A stretch of 64,000 nucleotides of DNA, taken from assembly GCF_000026545.1 (NCBI RefSeq), contig NC_011601.1; one strand, 5' to 3'. The stretch is from Escherichia coli O127:H6 str. E2348/69 (GTDB lineage: Bacteria > Pseudomonadota > Gammaproteobacteria > Enterobacterales > Enterobacteriaceae). A program made the position numbers and the translations under genes. Shown piece after piece: positions 53,949-64,000 of the stretch. The notes below the pieces were generated by a model, which did no database searches, was not told the origin of the DNA, and saw only the letters and a program-made list of their open reading frames with translations. The first letter of the stretch is position 1. Every line of letters starts with the position of its first letter.

Positions 53949-54925
53949 AACCAGTCCACTTCATCCTTATGCTCTTCGAAATCGGCGCGCATCTCCTCAA
54001 TCAGCTCCACCATATCTTGTGGAATAGGCGCATGCCATTCCATTTCGATGCCGGAGATCGGATGATAAAGACGCAGCATGGTTGCATGAAGCGCCTGACG
54101 GTCAAACTTACGTAGCGTGGAGATAAACGCTTCCGAAGCACCTTTTGGCGGACGCGGACGTCCACCATAAACCGGATCGCCCACCAGCGGATGAGTGATA
54201 TGGGCCATATGCACGCGGATCTGGTGCGTACGTCCAGTTTCCAGACGCAACCGCAGACGCGTGTGCACACGGAAGTGTTCCATGATGCGATAGTGAGTGA
54301 CCGCCGGTTTACCCATCGGATGCACCGCCATGTGAGTACGTTTGGTCGGGTGGCGGCTGATTGGTTCATCTACTGTACCGCCAGCGGTCATATGACCAAT
54401 TGCCACCGCTTCATACTCACGTGTAATTTCACGCCGTTGCAAAGATTCGACTAAACGCGTCTGAGCCGGAACGGTTTTTGCCACAACCATCAGGCCGGTG
54501 GTGTCTTTATCCAGACGATGGACGATGCCCGCACGCGGTACATCGGCAATGGGCGGATAGTAATGAAGCAACGCATTCAGTACCGTACCATCCGGGTTAC
54601 CCGCGCCAGGATGTACCACCAGGTCGCGTGGTTTATTAATGACGATGATATCTTCATCTTCATAGACGATATCCAGCGGGATATCCTGCGGTTCAAAACG
54701 CGCTTCTTCTTCAATCTCAGCGTTGATGGCCACCTGCTCGCCACCCAATACTTTTTCTTTCGGCTTATCACAAACTTTGCCGTTAACCAGCACGCGCTGG
54801 TCGAGGATCCATTCTTTTATTCGCGAACGTGAATAATCCGGGAACATTTCGGCCAAAGCCTGATCTAAGCGTTGACCGAGTTGGTTTTCGGACACCGTTG
54901 CAGTGAGCTGTACTCGTTGTGCCAT
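53945..54925 (-). CDS. rluD: 23S rRNA pseudouridine(1911/1915/1917) synthase (326 aa)
   Basis: ORF track 53945..54925; S4 domain and RluA-family catalytic motif HRLDKDTTG. Confidence 0.96.
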   Translation of the reverse strand: MAQRVQLTATVSENQLGQRLDQALAEMFPDYSRSRIKEWILDQRVLVNGKVCDKPKEKVLGGEQVAINAEIEEEARFEPQDIPLDIVYEDEDIIVINKPRDLVVHPGAGNPDGTVLNALLHYYPPIADVPRAGIVHRLDKDTTGLMVVAKTVPAQTRLVESLQRREITREYEAVAIGHMTAGGTVDEPISRHPTKRTHMAVHPMGKPAVTHYRIMEHFRVHTRLRLRLETGRTHQIRVHMAHITHPLVGDPVYGGRPRPPKGASEAFISTLRKFDRQALHATMLRLYHPISGIEMEWHAPIPQDMVELIEEMRADFEEHKDEVDWL

Positions 54926-55059
54926 ATATACTGCTTCTTCGTTTATCGTTGGGGTTTTACGGCTTTGCCGTTTAATATAGTGTGCTATTGTAGCTGGTCT
55001 TAACCGGGAGCAGGAACAGAGAATCTCCCGTATTACATTTTGAGGAAAGTCAAAACGTC

Positions 55060-55797
55060 ATGACGCGCATGAAATATCTGGTGGCAGCCGCCACACTAAG
55101 CCTGTTTTTGGCGGGTTGCTCGGGGTCAAAGGAAGAAGTACCTGATAATCCGCCAAATGAAATTTACGCGACTGCACAACAAAAGCTGCAGGACGGTAAC
55201 TGGAGACAGGCAATAACGCAACTGGAAGCGTTAGATAATCGCTATCCGTTTGGTCCGTATTCGCAGCAGGTGCAGCTGGATCTCATCTACGCCTACTATA
55301 AAAACGCCGATTTGCCGTTAGCACAGGCTGCCATCGATCGTTTTATTCGCCTTAACCCGACCCATCCGAATATCGATTATGTCATGTACATGCGTGGCCT
55401 GACCAATATGGCGCTGGATGACAGTGCGCTGCAAGGGTTCTTTGGCGTTGACCGTAGCGATCGCGATCCTCAACATGCACGAGCTGCGTTTAGTGACTTT
55501 TCCAAACTGGTGCGCGGCTATCCGAACAGTCAGTACACCACCGATGCCACCAAACGTCTGGTATTCCTGAAAGATCGTCTGGCGAAATATGAATACTCCG
55601 TGGCCGAGTATTATACAGAACGTGGTGCATGGGTTGCTGTCGTTAACCGCGTAGAAGGCATGTTGCGCGACTATCCGGATACCCAGGCTACGCGTGATGC
55701 GCTGCCGCTGATGGAAAATGCATACCGTCAGATGCAGATGAATGCGCAAGCTGAAAAAGTAGCGAAAATCATCGCCGCAAACAGCAGCAATACATAA
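55060..55797 (+). CDS. bamD: Outer-membrane protein assembly factor BamD (245 aa)
   Basis: ORF track 55060..55797; lipobox LFLAGCSG and TPR repeats. Confidence 0.96.
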
Positions 55798-55820
55798 CAG
55801 AAACCTGAAACACAAAACGG

Positions 55821-55833
55821 CAGCCTTGAGCTG
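55821..55833. repeat. Left 13 bp target-site duplication of the IS4 insertion (cagccttgagctg)
   Basis: Identical 13-mer at 56923-56935 immediately flanks the other IS4 end. Confidence 0.85.
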
Positions 55834-56922
55834 TAATGCCAGTCAGTTAAGGATCAGTTGACCGATCCAGTGGCTGTGTAAGAATCCGGAAACGCTCACT
55901 CGTTTCCGGATTTTTTTATGCTCATTGGGCAGGCACTTGATTTGGTATCCCGTTACGATTCTCTGCGTAACCCACTGACTTCTCTGGGGGATTACCTCGA
56001 CCCCGAACTCATCTCTCGTTGCCTTGCCGAATCAGGTACTGTAACGCTACGCAAGCGCCGTCTTCCCCTCGAAATGATGGTCTGGTGTATTGTTGGCATG
56101 GCGCTTGGGCGTAAAGAACCTCTTCACCAGATTGTGAATCGCCTGGACATCATGCTGCCGGGCAATCGCCCCTTCGTTGCCCCCAGTGCCGTTATTCAGG
56201 CCCGCCAGCGTCTGGGAAGTGAGGCTGTCCGCCGCGTGTTCACGAAAACAGCGCAGCTCTGGCATAACGCCACGCCGCATCCGCACTGGTGCGGCCTGAC
56301 CCTGCTGGCCATTGATGGTGTGTTCTGGCGCACACCGGATACACCAGAGAACGATGCAGCCTTCCCCCGCCAGACACATGCCGGGAACCCGGCGCTCTAT
56401 CCGCAGGTCAAAATGGTCTGCCAGATGGAACTGACTAGCCATCTGCTGACGTCGATGACGGACGCCATGCGCTTCCCCGGAGGAGAAATGGCGGATCTGT
56501 ACAGTCATCGCTGGGAAATCGAACTGGGATACAGGGAGATAAAACAGACGATGCAACTGAGCAGGCTGACGCTGAGAAGTAAAAGCCGGAGCTTGTGGAG
56601 CAAGAGCTGTGGGGTGTCTTACTGGCTTATAAACTGGTGAGATATCAGATGATTAAAATGGCGGAACATCTGAAAGGTTACTGGCCGAATCAACGGAGTT
56701 TCTCAGAATCATGCGGAATGGTGATGAGAATGCTGATGACATTGCAGGGCGCTGCACCGGGACGTATACCGGAGCTGATGCACGATCTTGCAAGTATGGG
56801 ACAACCAGTGAAATTACCGACAAGAAGGGAAAGGGCCTTCCCGAGAGTGGTAAAGGAGAGGCCCTGGAAATAACCCACAGCCCCGAAAAAGAGCCAGTCA
56901 GTTGCTTAACTGATCGGCATTA
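55834..56922 (+). mobile_element. IS4 derivative, 1089 bp, with 18 bp imperfect terminal inverted repeats (taatgccagtcagttaag / taatgccgatcagttaag) and an internal deletion
   Basis: Termini, 16/18 IR identity and 13 bp flanking direct repeat read directly. I recall canonical IS4 as 1426 bp, so this copy lacks about 337 bp. Confidence 0.85.
55918..56873 (+). pseudogene. IS4 transposase pseudogene: about 336 bp in-frame internal deletion (junction near 56441-56452) plus -1 frameshift in the A4 run at 56581-56584
   Basis: ORF track 55918..56640 (MLIGQALDLVSRYDSLRNPLTSLGDYLDPELISRCLAESG...QMELTSHLLT|SMTDAMRFPGGEM...) and 56595..56873 (MEQELWGVLLAYKLVRYQMIKMAEHLKGYWPNQ...) are the N- and C-terminal parts of an IS4-family DDE transposase in different frames; the central segment I recall from IS4 Tnp is absent. 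Confidence 0.8.
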
Positions 56923-56935
56923 CAGCCTTGAGCTG
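56923..56935. repeat. Right 13 bp target-site duplication of the IS4 insertion (cagccttgagctg), followed by the T-run of the split bamD terminator
   Basis: Identical to 55821-55833. Confidence 0.85.
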
Positions 56936-57113
56936 CCGTTTTTTATTCTGTTAGTTGTGAAACTGAAGCGATTTAGTCACTATCGATCTCATCAAATATG
57001 GCTCGCTTTGAGATATTCCTCAAGTAAAAAAACTCATCTTCCTGCGATTTCTCACAAAAAAGATTCGTTGACAAAAAGTGACAAAATTATGAGATTTCCA
57101 TCACACATTTTGA

Positions 57114-57509
<396 letters not shown>

Positions 57510-57533
57510 TCCTTTATATTGAGTGTATCGCCA

Positions 57534-57556
57534 ACGCGCCTTCGGGCGCGTTTTTT
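57534..57556 (+). terminator. Intrinsic terminator after raiA (cgcgcc-ttcg-ggcgcg then T6)
   Basis: GC hairpin with tetraloop and T-run. Confidence 0.85.
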
Positions 57557-57612
57557 GTTGACAGCGTGAAAACAGTACGGGTACTGTACTAAAGTCACTT
57601 AAGGAAACAAAC

Positions 57613-57660
57613 ATGAAACACACACCGTTTTTCTTCGCATTCTTTTTTACCTTCCCCTGA
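57613..57660 (+). CDS. pheL: pheA leader peptide (15 aa, Phe-rich): MKHTPFFFAFFFTFP
   Basis: Small ORF with seven Phe codons directly upstream of pheA; classic attenuation leader. Confidence 0.92.
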   Translation: MKHTPFFFAFFFTFP

Positions 57661-57706
57661 ATGGGAGGCGTTTCGTCGTGTGAAACAGAATGCGAAGACG
57701 AACAAT

Positions 57707-57736
57707 AAGGCCTCCCAAATCGGGGGGCCTTTTTTA
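57707..57736 (+). terminator. pheA attenuator terminator (aaggcctccc-aaatc-ggggggcctt then T6)
   Basis: Hairpin plus T-run between pheL and pheA. Confidence 0.9.
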
Positions 57737-57758
57737 TTGATAACAAAAAGGCAACACT

Positions 57759-58919
57759 ATGACATCGGAAAACCCGTTACTGGCGCTGCGAGAGAAAATC
57801 AGCGCGCTGGATGAAAAATTATTAGCATTACTGGCAGAGCGACGCGAACTGGCCGTCGAGGTGGGAAAAGCCAAACTGCTCTCGCATCGCCCGGTACGTG
57901 ATATTGATCGTGAACGCGATTTGCTGGAAAGATTAATTACGCTCGGTAAAGCGCACCATCTGGACGCCCATTACATTACTCGCCTGTTCCAGCTCATCAT
58001 TGAAGATTCCGTATTAACTCAGCAGGCTTTGCTCCAGCAACATCTCAATAAAATTAATCCGCACTCAGCACGCATCGCTTTTCTCGGGCCCAAAGGTTCT
58101 TATTCCCATCTTGCGGCGCGCCAGTATGCTGCTCGTCACTTTGAGCAATTCATTGAAAGTGGCTGCGCCAAATTTGCCGATATTTTTAATCAGGTGGAAA
58201 CCGGCCAGGCCGACTATGCCGTCGTACCGATTGAAAATACCAGCTCCGGTGCCATAAACGACGTTTACGATCTGCTGCAACATACCAGTTTGTCGATTGT
58301 TGGCGAGATGACGTTAACTATCGATCATTGTTTGTTGGTCTCCGGCACTACTGATTTATCCGCCATCAATACGGTCTACAGCCATCCGCAGCCATTCCAG
58401 CAATGCAGCAAATTCCTTAATCGTTATCCGCACTGGAAGATTGAATATACCGAAAGTACGTCTGCGGCAATGGAAAAGGTTGCACAGGCAAAATCACCGC
58501 ATGTTGCTGCGTTGGGAAGCGAAGCTGGCGGCACTTTGTACGGTTTGCAGGTAATGGAGCGTATTGAAGCGAATCAGCGACAAAACTTCACCCGATTTGT
58601 GGTGTTGGCACGTAAAGCCATTAACGTTTCTGACCAGGTTCCGGCTAAAACGACGTTGTTAATGGCGACCGGACAACAAGCTGGTGCACTGGTTGAAGCG
58701 TTGCTGGTACTGCGCAACCACAGTCTGATTATGACCCGTCTGGAATCACGTCCGATTCACGGTAATCCGTGGGAAGAGATGTTTTATCTGGATATTCAGG
58801 CCAATCTTGAATCAGCGGAAATGCAAAAAGCATTGAAAGAGTTAGGGGAAATCACCCGTTCGATGAAGGTATTGGGCTGTTACCCAAGTGAGAACGTAGT
58901 GCCTGTTGATCCAACCTGA
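57759..58919 (+). CDS. pheA: Bifunctional chorismate mutase / prephenate dehydratase (386 aa)
   Basis: ORF track 57759..58919; [39 protein letters not shown]. Confidence 0.97.
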   Translation: MTSENPLLALREKISALDEKLLALLAERRELAVEVGKAKLLSHRPVRDIDRERDLLERLITLGKAHHLDAHYITRLFQLIIEDSVLTQQALLQQHLNKINPHSARIAFLGPKGSYSHLAARQYAARHFEQFIESGCAKFADIFNQVETGQADYAVVPIENTSSGAINDVYDLLQHTSLSIVGEMTLTIDHCLLVSGTTDLSAINTVYSHPQPFQQCSKFLNRYPHWKIEYTESTSAAMEKVAQAKSPHVAALGSEAGGTLYGLQVMERIEANQRQNFTRFVVLARKAINVSDQVPAKTTLLMATGQQAGALVEALLVLRNHSLIMTRLESRPIHGNPWEEMFYLDIQANLESAEMQKALKELGEITRSMKVLGCYPSENVVPVDPT

Positions 58920-58926
58920 TGAAAAA

Positions 58927-58954
58927 GTGCCGGATGATGTGAATCATCCGGCAC
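58927..58954. terminator. Bidirectional hairpin between convergent pheA and tyrA (gccggatgat-gtgaat-catccggc)
   Basis: 10 bp perfect stem seen directly. Confidence 0.7.
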
Positions 58955-58961
58955 TGGATTA

Positions 58962-60083
58962 TTACTGGCGATTGTCATTCGCCTGACGCAATAACACGCG
59001 GCTTTCACTCTGAAAACGCTGTGCGTAATCACCGAACCAGTGCTCCACCTTGCGGAAACTGTCAATAAACGCCTGCTTATCGCCCTGCTCCAGCAACTCA
59101 ATCGCCTCGCCGAAACGCTTATAGTAACGTTTGATTAACGCCAGATTACGCTCTGACGACATAATAATGTCGGCATAAAGCTGCGGATCCTGAGCAAACA
59201 GTCGCCCGACCATCGCCAGCTCAAGGCGGTAAATCGGCGAAGAGAGCGCCAGTAGTTGCTCAAGCTGAACATTTTCTTCTGCCAGGTGCAGCCCATAAGC
59301 AAAAGTAGCAAAGTGGCGCAAAGCCTGAATAAACGCCATATTCTGATCGTGCTCGACAGCGCTAATACGATGCAACCGAGCGCCCCAGACCTGAATTTGC
59401 TCCAGAAACCATTGGTATGCTTCCGGCTTACGTCCATCACACCAGACCACAACTTGCTTTGCCAGGCTACCGCTGTCCGGGCCGAACATCGGGTGTAACC
59501 CCAGCACCGGGCCATCGTGCGCCGCCAGCATGGCCTGTAATGGCCCATTTTTCACCGATGCCAGATCAACCAGAATACAATCTTTCGGTAAAGGCGGTAA
59601 TTTGCCGATAACTTGCTCAGTAACGTGGATGGGCACACTAACAATCACCATTCCGGCATCGGCAACAATATCAGCCGCTCGATCCCAGTCATGTTGCTCC
59701 AGAATCCGCACCTGATAACCCGAGAGTGTCAGCATCTTCTCGAACAGACGCCCCATCTGACCGCCACCACCGACGATAACCACCGGGCGCAGTGACGGAC
59801 AAAGCGTTTTAAATCCTTTGTCGTTTTCACTGGAGTAAGATTCACGCATCACCCGACGCAAAACATCCTCAATCAGATCTGGCGGTACACCCAGAGCTTC
59901 CGCCTCTGCACGACGCGAGGCCAACATAGATGCCTCGCGCTCCGGAACATAAATAGGCAGTCCAAAGCGGCTTTTCACCTCGCCCACTTCAGCAACCAGT
60001 TCCAGACGCTTCGCTAATAAATTCAGCAGCGCTTTATCGACTTCATCAATTTGATCGCGTAATGCGGTCAATTCAGCAACCAT
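58962..60083 (-). CDS. tyrA: Bifunctional chorismate mutase / prephenate dehydrogenase (373 aa)
   Basis: ORF track 58962..60083; [37 protein letters not shown]. Confidence 0.97.
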   Translation of the reverse strand: MVAELTALRDQIDEVDKALLNLLAKRLELVAEVGEVKSRFGLPIYVPEREASMLASRRAEAEALGVPPDLIEDVLRRVMRESYSSENDKGFKTLCPSLRPVVIVGGGGQMGRLFEKMLTLSGYQVRILEQHDWDRAADIVADAGMVIVSVPIHVTEQVIGKLPPLPKDCILVDLASVKNGPLQAMLAAHDGPVLGLHPMFGPDSGSLAKQVVVWCDGRKPEAYQWFLEQIQVWGARLHRISAVEHDQNMAFIQALRHFATFAYGLHLAEENVQLEQLLALSSPIYRLELAMVGRLFAQDPQLYADIIMSSERNLALIKRYYKRFGEAIELLEQGDKQAFIDSFRKVEHWFGDYAQRFQSESRVLLRQANDNRQ

Positions 60084-60093
60084 AATAAACCTC

Positions 60094-61164
60094 TTAAGCC
60101 ACGCGAGCCGTCAGCTGCCCGTTCAGATCCTGATGAATTTCACGCAGCAAGGCATCGGTCATTTCCCAGCTAATGCAGGCATCGGTTACGGATACACCGT
60201 ATTTCATTTCACTGCGCGGTTGCTCGGAAGACTGATTGCCCTCGTGGATATTACTTTCGATCATCAGACCAATAATTGAGCGATTGCCATCTTTGATTTG
60301 AGCAACCACGGATTCTGCCACCGCAGGCTGACGACGATAATCTTTATTGGAATTACCGTGGCTGCAATCTACCATCAGAGACGGGCGCAGTCCCGCCTGT
60401 TCCATCTCTTTTTCACATTGCGCAACATCCGCAGGGCTATAGTTTGGCGCTTTACCACCGCGCAGGATCACATGCCCGTCCGGATTCCCCTGAGTTTGTA
60501 GCAACGCAACCTGCCCTGCCTGGTTAATGCCAACAAAACGGTGCGGCTGGGCGGCGGCACGCATAGCGTTAATTGCCGTTGCAAGGCTGCCGTCGGTGCC
60601 GTTTTTAAAACCAACCGGCATGGAAAGCCCGGAGGCCATTTCACGGTGAGTTTGCGATTCCGTTGTACGAGCACCAATTGCTGACCAGCTAAACAGATCG
60701 CCCAGGTATTGCGGGCTATTCGGATCTAACGCTTCCGTCGCCAGTGGCAGTCCCATATTCACCAGCTCAAGCAGCAATTTACGCGCGATCTGCAGCCCGG
60801 CTTCTACATCAAAAGAGCCATCCATATGGGGATCGTTAATTAACCCTTTCCAGCCGACAGTGGTACGGGGTTTTTCAAAATAGACGCGCATTACCAGATA
60901 GAGGCTATCGCTGACCTCTGCGGCAAGGGCTTTAAATCGACGAGCATATTCCAGAGCAGTTTCCGGATCATGAATGGAACAAGGACCACATACTACCAGC
61001 AGACGAGGATCGCGCCCGGCGATAATATCTGAAATGGTTTTACGCGAGTCAGCAATCTGGGCTTCTTGTTGCAGGCTTAATGGAAAAGCGGCCTTCAGTT
61101 GTTCCGGAGTCATTAAAACCTGTTCGTCGGTAATATGTACGTTATTCAGCGCGTCTTTCTGCAT
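60094..61164 (-). CDS. aroF: Tyr-sensitive DAHP synthase (356 aa)
   Basis: ORF track 60094..61233; start placed at [30 protein letters not shown] giving 356 aa; TyrR-box-like TGTAAA/TTTACA motifs lie at about 61240-61320. Confidence 0.96.
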   Translation of the reverse strand: MQKDALNNVHITDEQVLMTPEQLKAAFPLSLQQEAQIADSRKTISDIIAGRDPRLLVVCGPCSIHDPETALEYARRFKALAAEVSDSLYLVMRVYFEKPRTTVGWKGLINDPHMDGSFDVEAGLQIARKLLLELVNMGLPLATEALDPNSPQYLGDLFSWSAIGARTTESQTHREMASGLSMPVGFKNGTDGSLATAINAMRAAAQPHRFVGINQAGQVALLQTQGNPDGHVILRGGKAPNYSPADVAQCEKEMEQAGLRPSLMVDCSHGNSNKDYRRQPAVAESVVAQIKDGNRSIIGLMIESNIHEGNQSSEQPRSEMKYGVSVTDACISWEMTDALLREIHQDLNGQLTARVA

Positions 61165-61374
61165 GATGGCGATCCTGTTTATGCTCGTTTGCGATAGTTG
61201 ATCCTCAGCGAGGATGACGTAACGATAACACATAAAGTAAAGTTTTCAATCCATATTTCGTACGCATTTCTTTACACAGGCAATTTATTCGCGCTTTTTT
61301 ACCCTTATTTATGTATATATAAATTTACACCATCTATAAAAATAATCCGCTATGCTTTGAAAAAGGAGAAAGAA

Positions 61375-61740
61375 ATGATGAAAAAATTTATCGCCCCCTT
61401 GTTGGCTTTACTGGTTAGCGGATGTCAGATTGATCCTTATACTTACGCGCCAACCTTAACCAGCACCGACTGGTATGATGTTGGTATGGAAGATGCGATA
61501 TCGGGCAGCGCCATTAAAGATGACGATGCATTTAGCGATTCACACGCGGATCGCGGTCTATACCTTAAAGGATATGCCGAAGGGCAAAAGAAAACTTGCC
61601 AGACTGATTTTACTTATGCCCGGGGACTTTCTGGTAAAAGCTTTCCTGCCAGCTGCAATAATGTTGAAAATGCCAGCCAACTGCATGAAGTATGGCGAAA
61701 AGGGGCTGATGAAAATGCCAGCACAATACGATTAAATTAA
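61375..61740 (+). CDS. yfiL: Lipoprotein YfiL (121 aa)
   Basis: ORF track 61198..61740; start at ATG 61375 after aaggag; lipobox LLVSGCQ. Confidence 0.85.
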   Translation: MMKKFIAPLLALLVSGCQIDPYTYAPTLTSTDWYDVGMEDAISGSAIKDDDAFSDSHADRGLYLKGYAEGQKKTCQTDFTYARGLSGKSFPASCNNVENASQLHEVWRKGADENASTIRLN

Positions 61741-61887
61741 TTACTCACCCAAATAAATTAAGCATGAGATTTTACTCATTATGTTTTATTTCTCACATTG
61801 ATGACGACCGCATGAAAGGATGATATTTTAATGAGCATTCTGAAAAAATATCGATGCATTTCGAGCGAAGATGGTGAGGATCCCTGA

Positions 61888-62406
61888 ATGCGTTTTTCTC
61901 ACCGACTGTTCTTACTGCTGATTCTCCTGCTGACGGGAGCACCAATACTCGCTCAGGAACCTTCTGACGTTGCGAAAAACGTGCGTATGATGGTTTCCGG
62001 TATTGTCAGTTACACCCGCTGGCCTGGGCTATCAGGGCCACCAAAGTTATGTATCTTTTCATCTTCACGTTTTAGTACCGCCTTACAAGAAAATGCTGCT
62101 ACATCTTTACCTTATCTGCCTGTCATCATTCATACTCAACAAGAGGCGATAATTTCAGGCTGCAATGGTTTTTATTTTGGCAACGAGTCACCGACATTCC
62201 AGATGGAATTAACCGAACAATATCCGTCAAAGGCGTTATTATTAATTGCCGAACAAAATACCGAGTGCATTATTGGTAGCGCCTTTTGTCTGATCATCCA
62301 AAATAATGACGTCAGATTTGCCGTAAACCTGGATGCCTTATCGCGTAGCGGTGTAAAGGTCAACCCGGATGTCTTAATGCTCGCACGGAAGAAAAATGAT
62401 GGATAA
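61888..62406 (+). CDS. yfiR: Periplasmic repressor of DgcN (172 aa)
   Basis: ORF track 61888..62406; signal peptide; stop overlaps dgcN start. Confidence 0.9.
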   Translation: MRFSHRLFLLLILLLTGAPILAQEPSDVAKNVRMMVSGIVSYTRWPGLSGPPKLCIFSSSRFSTALQENAATSLPYLPVIIHTQQEAIISGCNGFYFGNESPTFQMELTEQYPSKALLLIAEQNTECIIGSAFCLIIQNNDVRFAVNLDALSRSGVKVNPDVLMLARKKNDG

Positions 62407-63622
62407 CGATAATTCTCTTCATAAGCGCCCCACGTTTAAAAGAGCATTACGCAACATCAGCATGACCAGCATATTTATCACTATGACGCTGATCTGGCTG
62501 CTGCTTTCCGTGACGTCAGTGCTAACCCTGAAACAATACGCGCAAAAAAACCTGGCACTGACAGCAGCAACAATGACTTACAGTCTGGAAGCAGCTGTCG
62601 TTTTTGCCGATGGCCCTGCAGCAACTGAAACACTGGCAGCGCTGGGCCAGCAAGGCCAATTTTCAACTGCAGAAGTGCGTGATAAGCAGCAAAATATTCT
62701 GGCATCCTGGCATTACACCCATAAGGAACCAGGCGATACTTTCAGCAATTTCATAAGCCACTGGCTCTTCCCTGCCCCCATCATTCAGCCGATTCGCCAC
62801 AATGGTGAAGCCATTGGCGAAGTACGCTTAACTGCTCGCGACAGTTCAATCAGCCATTTTATCTGGTTTTCGCTCGCTGTCCTGACCGGTTGTATTCTGC
62901 TGGCATCAGGCATCGCAATTACCCTCACCCGCCATTTGCACAATGGCCTGGTGGAAGCGCTGAAAAATATCACCGATGTCGTACATGATGTGCGTTCTAA
63001 CCGCAATTTTTCCCGACGAGTTTCGGAAGAACGTATCGCTGAGTTTCACCGCTTCGCTCTCGACTTCAACAGTCTGCTGGATGAAATGGAAGAGTGGCAG
63101 CTTCGTTTACAGGCCAAAAATGCGCAGCTTCTACGTACCGCGCTACATGACCCATTAACCGGACTGGCTAACCGCGCAGCGTTTCGTAGCGGCATCAACA
63201 CGTTGATGAACAATTCCGATGCCCGAAAAACGTCGGCGTTACTATTTCTTGATGGCGATAATTTCAAATATATCAATGATACCTGGGGTCATGCGACGGG
63301 CGATAGAGTCTTGATTGAAATAGCAAAACGGTTAGCTGAATTTGGCGGGCTGCGACATAAAGCATACCGCCTGGGCGGCGATGAATTCGCTATGGTGCTC
63401 TATGATGTACAGTCGGAATCTGAAGTGCAGCAGATATGCTCAGCACTGACACAAATTTTTAATCTCCCATTTGATCTTCATAATGGCCATCAGACTACCA
63501 TGACATTAAGCATTGGTTACGCGATGACCATTGAGCACGCCTCTGCGGAAAATTTACAAGAGCTTGCCGATCACAATATGTATCAGGCCAAACACCAGCG
63601 TGCCGAAAAGCTGGTGAGATAA
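62396..63622 (+). CDS. dgcN: Diguanylate cyclase DgcN/YfiN (408 aa)
   Basis: ORF track 62396..63622; two TM segments, HAMP and GGDEF domain (RLGGDEF). Confidence 0.93.
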   Translation: MMDNDNSLHKRPTFKRALRNISMTSIFITMTLIWLLLSVTSVLTLKQYAQKNLALTAATMTYSLEAAVVFADGPAATETLAALGQQGQFSTAEVRDKQQNILASWHYTHKEPGDTFSNFISHWLFPAPIIQPIRHNGEAIGEVRLTARDSSISHFIWFSLAVLTGCILLASGIAITLTRHLHNGLVEALKNITDVVHDVRSNRNFSRRVSEERIAEFHRFALDFNSLLDEMEEWQLRLQAKNAQLLRTALHDPLTGLANRAAFRSGINTLMNNSDARKTSALLFLDGDNFKYINDTWGHATGDRVLIEIAKRLAEFGGLRHKAYRLGGDEFAMVLYDVQSESEVQQICSALTQIFNLPFDLHNGHQTTMTLSIGYAMTIEHASAENLQELADHNMYQAKHQRAEKLVR

Positions 63623-63637
63623 CAAGGATATATCGAT

Positions 63638-64000
63638 ATGATAAAGCACCTGGTAGCCCCCCTGATTTTCACCTCGCTAATACTTACTGGCTGCCAGTCC
63701 CCTCAGGGAAAGTTTACTCCTGAGCAAGTCGCCGCTATGCAATCTTATGGATTTACTGAATCCGCCGGCGACTGGTCGCTGGGCTTATCAGATGCCATTC
63801 TGTTCGCAAAAAATGACTACAAATTGCTCCCGGAAAGCCAGCAACAAATCCAAACCATGGCAGCCAAATTGGCCTCGATAGGGCTAACACATGCCCGTAT
63901 GGATGGACACACCGACAACTATGGTGAAGACAGTTACAACGAAGTCTTATCATTAAAACGGGCGAATGTCGTGGCCGATGCATGGGCTATAGGTGGACAA
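63638..64000 (+). CDS. yfiB: OmpA-family outer-membrane lipoprotein YfiB, N-terminal part (continues beyond window end)
   Basis: ATG at 63638 after a plausible RBS; MIKHLVAPLIFTSLILTGCQ lipobox; frame open to the window end (not in the ORF track because it runs off the edge). Confidence 0.85.
   Translation, partial: MIKHLVAPLIFTSLILTGCQSPQGKFTPEQVAAMQSYGFTESAGDWSLGLSDAILFAKNDYKLLPESQQQIQTMAAKLASIGLTHARMDGHTDNYGEDSYNEVLSLKRANVVADAWAIGGQ

Noticed and set aside
61198-61374. Upstream extension of the yfiL ORF (ORF track start 61198)
   Set aside because: The extension overlaps the aroF promoter region and has no RBS; the ATG at 61375 preceded by aaggag gives the expected 121-aa lipoprotein.

Overview
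This 64 kb window reads as a conserved Escherichia coli chromosomal segment, syntenic (from memory of K-12, not verified by search) with yphG-yphH-glyA-hmp-glnB-glrR-qseG-glrK-glmY-purL-mltF-tadA-pgpC-yfhH-yfhL-shoB/ohsC-acpS-pdxJ-recO-era-rnc-lepB-lepA-rseCBA-rpoE-nadB-trmN6-srmB-yfiE-eamB-grcA-ung-yfiF-trxC-yfiP-patZ-pssA-yfiM-kgtP-rrnG(5S-23S-tRNA-Glu-16S)-clpB-yfiH-rluD-bamD-raiA-pheL-pheA-tyrA-aroF-yfiL-yfiR-dgcN-yfiB. About 50 housekeeping CDS are intact, and their ORF lengths match the protein lengths I remember for K-12. I did not find a convincing novel multi-gene system: no unexplained gene cluster, no CRISPR array, no integrase or prophage, no defence island. What departs from the K-12 arrangement is accessory and degraded: (1) a roughly 1.5 kb IS110-family insertion between kgtP and the 5S end of rrnG, whose recombinase gene carries two frameshifts, an in-frame TAG and an in-frame (CCGGGT)x17 hexanucleotide expansion; (2) an IS4 copy with a 336 bp internal deletion plus a frameshift, inserted in the loop of the bamD terminator hairpin with a 13 bp target duplication; (3) a 1 bp frameshift in eamB. 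The most speculative but most interesting lead is the structured about 230 nt 5' flank of the IS110-family element, which could encode a bridge-RNA-like guide. Every indel that can be localised sits in a homopolymer or GC run, so sequencing error is a live alternative to real pseudogenisation. All homology calls rest on recognising the translated proteins and motifs; none was checked against a database.
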